Below are positions 19,664 to 27,051 of a DNA stretch of 64,000 nt, piece by piece; position 1 is the stretch's first letter, and each line of letters opens with the position of its first letter. The notes under the pieces were generated by a model, which saw nothing but the letters and a program-made list of their open reading frames with translations, made no database searches and was not told where the DNA came from. This stretch comes from Dehalococcoidia bacterium (GTDB lineage Bacteria > Chloroflexota > Dehalococcoidia > Lucifugimonadales > UBA2962), in NCBI GenBank assembly GCA_965250195.1, contig OZ252295.1, positions 1,818,887 through 1,882,886 of the forward strand. Direction: 5' to 3'. The position numbers and the translations under genes were made by a program.

Positions 19664-20055
19664 TCGAGCGTAAAGCCGTACGGTAGCAACTCAGACGCGC
19701 AGGCCTCGACATGCTCGCCGTCGGTGCCGGGGAACGTCACGGTCGGGTCCCCAAACTCCATCATCACCTGCCTGCACGCCCCGCACGGGGCGCACGGCTT
19801 GCTCTCCCGGTTTGCTACCGCGACGGCGACCAGCCGCATGCCCGGCCCTTCTGTTGCTACGGCTGCTGCTATGGTGGCCTGTTCGGCGCAGATCGCCAGG
19901 CCGTAAGAGGCGTTCTCAACGTTGCAGCCGGAGAACACCGCTCCGGTTCCCGTCAGCACCGCCGCCCCCACGTGAAACTGCGAGTAGGGGGCGTAGGAGC
20001 GCTCCGAGGCCATCTCAGCGGCCTTTGCCAAGGCCGCATCGCTTCGGCATTTCAC
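19660..20055 (-). CDS. cdd: cytidine deaminase
   Basis: 131 aa. CAEQ and PCGACRQ zinc-binding motifs. Confidence 0.9.
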   Translation of the reverse strand: MKCRSDAALAKAAEMASERSYAPYSQFHVGAAVLTGTGAVFSGCNVENASYGLAICAEQATIAAAVATEGPGMRLVAVAVANRESKPCAPCGACRQVMMEFGDPTVTFPGTDGEHVEACASELLPYGFTLD

Positions 20056-20089
20056 GGTTGATTACAAGTCCTCGCCGTCATGCAATGAC

Positions 20090-20872
20090 TCACTCGGCTA
20101 GAGTCCCGCCGTCGGCTACTAGGGCGTGGCCGTGCACGAACGTCGCCCCGTCCGAGCACAGCCAGGCGACCGTGTGCGCTATCTCTTCGGGTGTCCCGTA
20201 TCGGCCAAGGGGCACCAGCTTCAGCCAGTCAGCCTCCGCCTCGGGGAACTTTTCCCAGTAGTCCTCGTTCCCCGGCGTGCGCAGAATGCCGGGTGCGATA
20301 GCGTTAATGCGGATGCCGTGCCTGGCGTACTCCAGCGCCGCCGACTTGGTCAGGCCGACCACCGCGTGCTTGCTCGCCGAGTAGGCAGACTGCGTCTCGT
20401 ACGAAGCCAGTCCCCGCATCGACGACGTGTTTACGATCACCCCTCTGGTTTGGGAGTCACCGACAAGCGGTTGCGTTTTCATCTGGCGGATCTGCGCCCG
20501 CATCCCCAGCCACACCCCGCGCACGTTGACCGCGAACGTGTGGTCGAAATCCTCTTCTGTCAGTTCGTCTGTGTTCACCCCGGCAGAAACCACCCCGGCG
20601 TTGTTGTGGGCGAAGTCCAGTCGTCCGAATTTCTCTATGGTCCTGACCACGGCGCGGTCCGAGTCAGCCGCCAGCGATACGTCCCCCGTCACCAGCAGTG
20701 CGTCGCCGCCCGTCGCCTCGACCATCGCCACCGTCTCTGCGCCCCCGTCCGTGTTGACGTCCACCACCGTGATCGCCGCCCCGTCCGCCGCCAGTCGCAG
20801 CGCCGTCGCCCGGCCAATGCCCGAGGCGGCGCCCGTCACCAGTGCAACGCGCCCGGTGAAGTCGTAGGTCAC
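20090..20872 (-). CDS. SDR-family oxidoreductase
   Basis: 260 aa. TGAASGIGRA cofactor motif, NNAG and YSASK catalytic motifs. GTG start. Confidence 0.9.
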   Translation of the reverse strand: MTYDFTGRVALVTGAASGIGRATALRLAADGAAITVVDVNTDGGAETVAMVEATGGDALLVTGDVSLAADSDRAVVRTIEKFGRLDFAHNNAGVVSAGVNTDELTEEDFDHTFAVNVRGVWLGMRAQIRQMKTQPLVGDSQTRGVIVNTSSMRGLASYETQSAYSASKHAVVGLTKSAALEYARHGIRINAIAPGILRTPGNEDYWEKFPEAEADWLKLVPLGRYGTPEEIAHTVAWLCSDGATFVHGHALVADGGTLAE

Positions 20873-20876
20873 GCGT

Positions 20877-20937
20877 GTTCTCCGCTCACGGGGTTCTCTC
20901 TAGGGCTCTTCGCGCGAGGGCTCATCGCTTCGGCAAT
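20877..20937 (-). repeat. conserved leader element, copy B
   Basis: Sense sequence: attgccgaagcgatgagccctcgcgcgaagagccctagagagaaccccgtgagcggagaac, followed by acgc and the GTG start. Confidence 0.8.
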
Positions 20938-20944
20938 CAATCCT

Positions 20945-22006
20945 TCACGCAAAAGTTAGTGCTCTCGCCGGGTTGTCGATTAGCACGGTGTCGATCTGGG
21001 CCTGCGTCCAGCCCCGGCCCCTCATGCGGGGCACGATGTTCTCCGGTATATGCGCATACCCTTTGCCGCCGAACCGGACCATCTGAATCTTCACAAAATT
21101 GTCCTGGGCGATGACCACCTGGTCGCCGTAGCCGTGCTCGAACAGCCACTCCAGCATCCACAGCCGGTGGTCGTCGTTGGTCACCACGAATTCCGTCGTG
21201 CCGGTCGTCTGGGCGGCGGCCAGCTCCGACCACTCCAGTCCGAACGTGTCGAACTCCAGATAGCATCCATAATCGGCCAAATCGCCAATCCAGCTGGGAT
21301 CGAAACAGAGACTGAGGTGCCCGAATATGACATGCTTCGGGTCGGCCCCGGCCGACACCAGCATCTCCATGATCGGCACTGGCGAGTCCTTGTGAAAACC
21401 CGGATGAATCAGTATCGGCGTGCCCGTTTCGGCCTGTGCTCGCGCCGACGCCCGCAGCACCTTCGCCTCGTTCGGCGTCATGGGCACGTGGTTGCCCACC
21501 TCGCCGATGACACCCGTCCTGACCTCCGTATTGCCGACACCCGTGGTTACGTCCGCGACGATCTCCTCGAAAATCGAATCCTCTGTGCGCTCGTCCATGT
21601 CCGGCGGGTGCGAGAGCGGCACGTAGTAGCTGCCGCCCATGACGATCTGCACGCCGGTCGCCCGCGAGATACGGGCCAGCGCCAGTGGGTCGCGGGCGAT
21701 GCCCACGCTGGTCGCGTCCACCATCGAGACGCCCCCGGCCAGCCTGTATCGCATGAGCTCCTCGACCGCTGTTTGCTCATCGTAAAGGTGAGTGTTGTCC
21801 TTCATCGTCGTCCAATAACGGACGACGTCCGACACGTTGTCAGTCGTGACCCGTTCCTCCACGAAGCCCCGGGCGGTGGCCTCGTCGGGCATGACGAAAT
21901 TGCACTCCACGTCCACCAGCAGGTGCTCGTGGGTCAGCGTAAAGCCCAGCGTACCGGGCTCGATCAGCCCCAGCACCGTCTGAACTTTTCCCGACTGATT
22001 GGTCAT
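20945..22006 (-). CDS. phosphotriesterase-homology protein (PHP-type, Glu at bridging position)
   Basis: 353 aa. GFTLTHEHLLVD and VIGEVGN motifs. Confidence 0.9.
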   Translation of the reverse strand: MTNQSGKVQTVLGLIEPGTLGFTLTHEHLLVDVECNFVMPDEATARGFVEERVTTDNVSDVVRYWTTMKDNTHLYDEQTAVEELMRYRLAGGVSMVDATSVGIARDPLALARISRATGVQIVMGGSYYVPLSHPPDMDERTEDSIFEEIVADVTTGVGNTEVRTGVIGEVGNHVPMTPNEAKVLRASARAQAETGTPILIHPGFHKDSPVPIMEMLVSAGADPKHVIFGHLSLCFDPSWIGDLADYGCYLEFDTFGLEWSELAAAQTTGTTEFVVTNDDHRLWMLEWLFEHGYGDQVVIAQDNFVKIQMVRFGGKGYAHIPENIVPRMRGRGWTQAQIDTVLIDNPARALTFA

Positions 22007-22021
22007 GTCGGCAGGGAAAGG

Positions 22022-22855
22022 CTAGTGCAACCCAGCGAGAAATTCGCGTAAAACACGGAGAAACTTCTCGTTCTCCTCAGCGAAAATCATGTGGGCGCTG
22101 TGCTCGAACATCACGAGCTTGGAGCCCGGAATGCCCCAGTGCAGCCGGCCCGGCCCCTGCTCGTACGGCGTGACGAAGTCGTCCGCCCCGCTCAGCACCA
22201 GCGTCGGAACGGTAATTTCATGCAGCCGATCCATCACGTCGTGCTGAGTGTGTATGTCGATGAACCCCCGGTTGTACCCGGCCGCCGAGTAGACCGCGTT
22301 CGGGTTCTCGGCCTTCGCTGCCTCGCTGTCCATGTCGTGGAAGTACAGCGCGCCGATGGACGCCGCCATCTCCTCCATGTCCTCGTCGTTGGCCACGTGG
22401 TTGAAGAACTGCTGCTCGATGGCTTGCACCTGTTCGGGATTCCCCTTGGCGCGCACCTTTTCCAGAATCACGTCCGTGTAGTCCCAGGCTGGGTATGTGG
22501 TGCCGAGTATCAGGCCCCGTAGGTGCTCTTGGTGACGCAGCGCGTAGTGCTGGGCCAACAGGCCCCCGTAGGAGTGGCCCAGCAGCACCATCTTCTCGAT
22601 CCCCAGGTGCTCCCTGAGCGCGTCCCCGTCGTCCGCCCACGTCGAGTGGAACACGTCGTTCAGTGAGGCGGGTCGTTCAGAGCGGCCGTTCCCGCGATGG
22701 TCGTAGAAGATCAGCGTGTAATCCTCTGGCAGCGGATCCACCCAGGGCCGGAAGTAGGTGTGGTCGAATCCGAGTCCGCCGTGCATGAACATGAGGGGAG
22801 GGCCGTCGCCCACAGTCTCGTAGAACAGCCGGGTCCCATTAACGTTTGCGAACAA
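22022..22855 (-). CDS. alpha/beta hydrolase (proline-iminopeptidase-like)
   Basis: 277 aa. VNGTRLFYE, HGGLG and GHSYGG motifs. TTG start with gaggga SD. Confidence 0.85.
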   Translation of the reverse strand: MFANVNGTRLFYETVGDGPPLMFMHGGLGFDHTYFRPWVDPLPEDYTLIFYDHRGNGRSERPASLNDVFHSTWADDGDALREHLGIEKMVLLGHSYGGLLAQHYALRHQEHLRGLILGTTYPAWDYTDVILEKVRAKGNPEQVQAIEQQFFNHVANDEDMEEMAASIGALYFHDMDSEAAKAENPNAVYSAAGYNRGFIDIHTQHDVMDRLHEITVPTLVLSGADDFVTPYEQGPGRLHWGIPGSKLVMFEHSAHMIFAEENEKFLRVLREFLAGLH

Positions 22856-22865
22856 TCTCTTATGT

Positions 22866-22954
22866 CTCCCTCAGGCAAATCGCTTCGCGATTTTCTTCGA
22901 ACTATTCCCCGGTGATTCCCTCAGGCAAATCCCTTTGGGATTCTCTTCGAACTA
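22866..22954 (-). repeat. tandem duplicated 39-nt leader unit, each with a hairpin followed by an SD-like GAGGGA
   Basis: Units 22866-22904 and 22916-22954 are 34/39 identical. Hairpins are aaatcgc-ttc-gcgattt and aatccc-ttt-gggatt, with a G-C to C-G compensatory swap. Confidence 0.85.
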
Positions 22955-23785
22955 GAGCTTGCGCAGCCAGTCGCGGACTACCTGGAGGAACTTCTCCGGC
23001 TCCTCGGCGAACGGCATGTGGCCGCTATGTTCGAATCGCACCAGCTCCGAGCCTTCAATGTCGCGGTGCAACCGGGCGGACGCCTTGTCGTACGGCGTAA
23101 TCCAGTCATTCGAGCCCGACATGATCAGCGTCGGGCTCGCAATCTCGTGTATCCGATCCGCCATGTCGTAGACCGGCAGCAGGTCCACGATGCTGCGGTT
23201 GAACGCCAGGGCCGAGTAGTTTGTCTCGGCACCGTATATTTTCGCCGCCTCGCCACCGGGATCGGAAAAGTACACGCTGCCGATCAGCGCGTACATCTCG
23301 GCCAGCTGCTCATCGGTCTGGATGGCGCCGCTAAACCCGGCCCCCACCGCCTCTATCTGCTCTGGCGTCCCGCGCTCTTGCAGGTTCTCGAGTACCGTCT
23401 CGGTAAAATCCCAGGCCGGGTAGCCAGACACGAAAATGAACCCATCCAGGCGCTCGGGGTAGTTGACCGCGAAGTGAGTCGCTATCGACGAGCCGTAGGA
23501 GTGGCCGAGCACGGTGATTCGCTCGTGACCGAGGTGCGCCCTGAGCGCATCCATATCGTCGCCCCAGTCCGCGTCGCCGAAGTCCGCCAGGCTGTCCGGG
23601 CGCTCCGAGCGACCTCCTCCGCGATGGTCATAGAAGATCAGTTGGAACTCGTCCGCCAGCGGAGTAAGCCAGGGCTTAAAGCTGGTGTGGTCGTAGGCCC
23701 CCAGCCCGCCGTGCGACAGCAGGATGGGCCTGCCCTCGCCGAGTATTTCGTAGTAAAGCCTGGTCCCGTTTACGTCTGCGTACAC
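22952..23785 (-). CDS. alpha/beta hydrolase (proline-iminopeptidase-like)
   Basis: 277 aa. VNGTRLYYE, HGGLG and GHSYGS motifs. GTG start with ggagga SD. Confidence 0.85.
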   Translation of the reverse strand: MYADVNGTRLYYEILGEGRPILLSHGGLGAYDHTSFKPWLTPLADEFQLIFYDHRGGGRSERPDSLADFGDADWGDDMDALRAHLGHERITVLGHSYGSSIATHFAVNYPERLDGFIFVSGYPAWDFTETVLENLQERGTPEQIEAVGAGFSGAIQTDEQLAEMYALIGSVYFSDPGGEAAKIYGAETNYSALAFNRSIVDLLPVYDMADRIHEIASPTLIMSGSNDWITPYDKASARLHRDIEGSELVRFEHSGHMPFAEEPEKFLQVVRDWLRKL

Positions 23786-23901
23786 CGGCTCCTCCAGAAT
23801 GAGCGCTGCAAAGCGGCCACAATCCTAACAGGAACCCCGGTTGCCCAGGGAGCCTGGCAACAAGCGGGGTCCCTGGGGTGTCCCCTGGAAACAAGGGAGA
23901 G

Positions 23902-24099
23902 CTAAGGTCGCTGGGCGAACCAGCCGCCGTCGGACAGGTCGCGGAACAGCGTGGTGAGCGTCCCGTCTTCTAGCTGCACCGAAAAGTAGCGTCGGGCGAC
24001 CGGTCGCTCGCGCCACCACTCGTCGGCGATCTCCCACACGTCAGTCACTCTCGTCACCCTTAACGCGCGGTGATTGGCCGTTACCAGCAGCGGGCGCAT
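23902..24099 (-). CDS. small Trp-rich hypothetical protein (65 aa) downstream of the imuB-like gene
   Basis: MRPLLVTANHRALRVTRVTDVWEIADEWWRERPVARRYFSVQLEDGTLTTLFRDLSDGGWFAQRP. The ORF-track 184-aa version has an Arg/Gly-rich N-terminus that overlaps imuB. It was trimmed to ATG 24099, 38 nt after the imuB stop. Confidence 0.55.
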   Translation of the reverse strand: MRPLLVTANHRALRVTRVTDVWEIADEWWRERPVARRYFSVQLEDGTLTTLFRDLSDGGWFAQRP

Positions 24100-24137
24100 G
24101 TCCGAAGCTTCTCTCACAGCCAGTGGAATTGGGGTAT

Positions 24138-25385
24138 TTAGGGGTCGAAGTGGACCAGGGCCTGTCGCCTTTCCGGTATTCGCGACCACGGTTCTACCTC
24201 CCTTACCCTGTACACCGGTGGTCTGGTGCGTAGGCGCTGTGCCAGCTGGTGCATCGTCTCGCGCAACTGCTCGCTCCTGCGCACGTCCGCGAACAGGCTG
24301 GACTGGACGCCCGACTCGCCGGTCAGGCCCGACAGCGTCAGTCGAAGATCCTCCAGCGCCCCCGGCAGCACTGTCCTGGCCAGCGCCCCCTTCAGCGCAA
24401 CGAACGCCCGGTCCCGCCCGCCGACAGCGTCTTTGAACGCAACACCCTTCGTCCAAGGCGCTCGGCCTATAATCGCGCCCTGTAGCGCCGCCGAGCGCGC
24501 GTACCTTCCGCGCAGTGCAGGTCGGGCGAAGGCCCGGCCGAGCAGCATATCCGTCCCCAGCAGCAGGGCGTTCATAGAGGCCGCGGGCGCGGGAAACGTT
24601 AACTCCTCGACCACTTCTTCATCGGCCTTGTACGGCACCACCGGCCGGGAATCGATTCCGCCTGCCAGCTCCCAGGCCGTCCGGCCGTCGCGCCCGAACT
24701 GCGCCGCCATAGCGCCGATGTCTAGAGCAGCCACGTCACCGAGCGAGTGCAGGCCGAACCTGTGCAGCCTGACCTTCGTCTCCCATGTAACGGGGAGTAG
24801 GTCCACCGACCGCGCTCTGAGAAAGTCCGCTGCTTCGGCCGCGTCATACGGCGCCCGAGACGCCCGCCCCGGTCCACTCATGGACGCCGCCACGTAGGCC
24901 GGGAACTTCCCACCGGCCACCCCCACGCGCCCCTCCAAGTCGTAGGGGACTGCGTGCAGGAGTGCGGCGGCGGCCCTGGCATCCCCGCCATACATCCTTC
25001 CCAGGCCTGACAGGCCCACGTACAGCACGTCCGGCGTATCTGGATCTTTCTCCACCGAGGGGCTTGTGCGAGACAGCGCGACCGCCAGCGAGTCCAACAC
25101 CCTGCGGTAGTAGGGCTCGTCGGCCTGCACCGTCATGACATCCCGGCAGCGCGAGGACGCCTCCCTGAGCGGCATTCCCGCCACGACGCCCTCCACTTCA
25201 GGGGAGCTATCGAGCACTACCTGCCCAGTACCCCCAGTGCCGGGAGTACTGGGGGTACTGGGGGCGCCGATTACGATAAAGGCCTTGCCTCGCAGCACTG
25301 GGTACCGTCTGAGCTCGGCCTTCACGGCCAGGTGCGTCACGAGCACACAGGCGATCTTTACGTGGTTCGGTACCATTGGAGCCAT
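24138..25385 (-). CDS. imuB: Y-family DNA polymerase-like protein lacking catalytic acidic residues (ImuB-like)
   Basis: 415 aa. The DinB-like fold positions read IACVLVTHLAVKAE and VLYVGLSGL instead of DxD and (S)IDE. An SOS box lies immediately upstream. dnaE2 is in the same window. Confidence 0.8.
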   Translation of the reverse strand: MAPMVPNHVKIACVLVTHLAVKAELRRYPVLRGKAFIVIGAPSTPSTPGTGGTGQVVLDSSPEVEGVVAGMPLREASSRCRDVMTVQADEPYYRRVLDSLAVALSRTSPSVEKDPDTPDVLYVGLSGLGRMYGGDARAAAALLHAVPYDLEGRVGVAGGKFPAYVAASMSGPGRASRAPYDAAEAADFLRARSVDLLPVTWETKVRLHRFGLHSLGDVAALDIGAMAAQFGRDGRTAWELAGGIDSRPVVPYKADEEVVEELTFPAPAASMNALLLGTDMLLGRAFARPALRGRYARSAALQGAIIGRAPWTKGVAFKDAVGGRDRAFVALKGALARTVLPGALEDLRLTLSGLTGESGVQSSLFADVRRSEQLRETMHQLAQRLRTRPPVYRVREVEPWSRIPERRQALVHFDP

Positions 25386-25391
25386 AGTTTA

Positions 25392-25407
25392 TAGAACTGG
25401 TGTTCTA
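25392..25407. promoter_or_regulatory. LexA (SOS) box, Gram-positive/Chloroflexi type
   Basis: TAGAACTGGTGTTCTA is a perfect palindrome of the form TAGAAC-N4-GTTCTA. It lies 7-22 nt upstream of the imuB-like ATG, just downstream of a TATACT -10-like hexamer. Confidence 0.7.
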
Positions 25408-25488
25408 CACTCAAGTATAGTAGTAAGGTGCCTCTACGCCCCTATGGCATGCGGCGCGTGATCGGGAAGGCGCTATTAGGGTGGGGGC

Positions 25489-25517
25489 TTGACATGCCAC
25501 CTATGAGAACATACTAT
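25489..25517 (+). promoter_or_regulatory. sigma70-type promoter upstream of the HU gene
   Basis: TTGACA (25489-25494), 17-nt spacer, TACTAT (25512-25517). Implies a 5' UTR of about 155 nt. Confidence 0.55.
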
Positions 25518-25680
25518 CGGGGCAACGCTCGTATGATGCCGACGGAACCTCATGCCACCGGAGCGGAGAGCCTTTTGGCAACCCTCTGGAAAGGCCTGGG
25601 AAGTCGGCTCCTCCGGGCGTTGAGTGAGCGTTTTTAGCGGGCCGAGATAGCCGCCGAATAGTTAAGGAGAGGGGTCGCAT

Positions 25681-25971
25681 ATGGCAACGTTGAGGAAAAG
25701 TGATCTGACCGCCCGAGTCGCTTCCAAGTTAAGCGGGTCGAGAGCACAGGGCGAGGCCGCTCTCAACGCGGTCCTGGACAGCATCCAGGAGGCCCTTTCG
25801 GCCGGGGACAGGGTAGTTCTCACAGGCTTTGGCTCCTTCGAGGTCCGGCAGGTCAAAGCCAGGAGAGTCCGGCCCATCCGTGGCGGCCAGGCGGGCTCCC
25901 TCATCACGGTTCCGGCGCACAAGCGAGTCGGTTTCACCGCTGGGGCGAACCTCAGCGCCGCTGCCCAGTAG
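25681..25971 (+). CDS. hup: HU/IHF-family DNA-binding protein
   Basis: 96 aa. GFGSFEVRQ...R..P motif region. SD aaggagag lies upstream. Confidence 0.9.
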   Translation: MATLRKSDLTARVASKLSGSRAQGEAALNAVLDSIQEALSAGDRVVLTGFGSFEVRQVKARRVRPIRGGQAGSLITVPAHKRVGFTAGANLSAAAQ

Positions 25972-26011
25972 CGGCTAACCACCCCGGCTTGACCCCAGTG
26001 GGGGCTTAATC

Positions 26012-26024
26012 GGGGGGGGGGGGG
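26012..26024. repeat. G13 homopolymer tract
   Basis: 13 consecutive G between the HU stop and its terminator. Confidence 0.9.
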
Positions 26025-26056
26025 CGAGGGCGGCCCCGCGACAATAGAGCGATTTA

Positions 26057-26100
26057 AAGGCGGGCCTCGTCCCTACGGGTCCGCCTTCTCATTTATTTTT
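26057..26100 (+). terminator. intrinsic terminator after the HU gene
   Basis: AAGGCGGGCC...GGGTCCGCCTT stem followed by CTCATTTATTTTT. Confidence 0.6.
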
Positions 26101-26152
26101 CCACTCACCCTTTTGCGGGGAGGGTATTTTCTAACGGGGAGCACTGACCGGC

Positions 26153-27016
26153 ATGCAGCCTGAACTCATAGTCGACTACGCCAACGCCGTGGGCGAGGGT
26201 CCGCTCTGGCACCCGGGCGACAAAAAGCTCTACTGGGTGGACATCCCCCCCGGCAAAATCTACCGTCACGACCCGGTCTCGGGTGAAAATGATCTCTACT
26301 TTCAGGGCCCCACCGGCATCGGTGGCTTCACCATCCAGGCCGACGGCTCGCTGCTGTGCTTCACCTACAACGCCGGTGTCGGGCTGCTCAAAGACGGCCA
26401 ATGGCGCTGGCTATTCGAACTTCTCCCAGAGGAGCAGGGGCGCAAGTTCAACGACGTCATCGCCGACCCCGTCGGTCGGGTATTCGCCGGGACCATCGTC
26501 AACGAGCGGGGCAGGGGAGCGCTGTACCGCATGGATCTGGACGCGACGCTGACCAAGGTCGAAGCCGACATCGGCATCTCCAACGGCATGGGTTTCAGCC
26601 TCGACCACAAGCTCATGTACTATACCGACACCGAGACCCAGCGCATCGACGTATTCGACTACGACGTCGATATCGGCGAGCTATCCAATCGCCGTCCGTT
26701 CGTAGACACCACCGACGGGTGGCCCGACGGCATGACCGTCGATGCGGACGGCTACGTGTGGTCGGCCGGTTTCGGTAAAAGCGGCGTCACCCGTTACGCG
26801 CCCGACGGCTCGTTCGACCGCAAGGTCGACGTGCCCATGCTAAAGACCACGTCCATCATCTTCGCCGGTGACCACCTCATCGACGCTTACATCACCTCCG
26901 CCGGCGGCGAGGACAAGGCCGAGTCGGGAGAGTACGCTGGCGCCCTGTACCGGCTGGACATGTCCGGCGAAGGCGTCAAAGGCCTGCCCGAATTCCCTTC
27001 CCGCATCGCCGTCTAA
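26153..27016 (+). CDS. SMP-30/gluconolactonase/LRE-family beta-propeller hydrolase
   Basis: 287 aa. GEGPLWHP..KLYWVDI start, and NGMGFS / PDGMTVD blades. Confidence 0.85.
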   Translation: MQPELIVDYANAVGEGPLWHPGDKKLYWVDIPPGKIYRHDPVSGENDLYFQGPTGIGGFTIQADGSLLCFTYNAGVGLLKDGQWRWLFELLPEEQGRKFNDVIADPVGRVFAGTIVNERGRGALYRMDLDATLTKVEADIGISNGMGFSLDHKLMYYTDTETQRIDVFDYDVDIGELSNRRPFVDTTDGWPDGMTVDADGYVWSAGFGKSGVTRYAPDGSFDRKVDVPMLKTTSIIFAGDHLIDAYITSAGGEDKAESGEYAGALYRLDMSGEGVKGLPEFPSRIAV

Positions 27017-27051
27017 GGCGCAGGCGGGCTACAAGTCAGGAGAGCCCTAAC

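Noticed and set aside
22866-22954. Tandem repeat considered as a mini CRISPR array.
   Set aside because: There are only two units with an 11-nt spacer and no cas genes. The units contain the SD and stop-codon context of the flanking genes.
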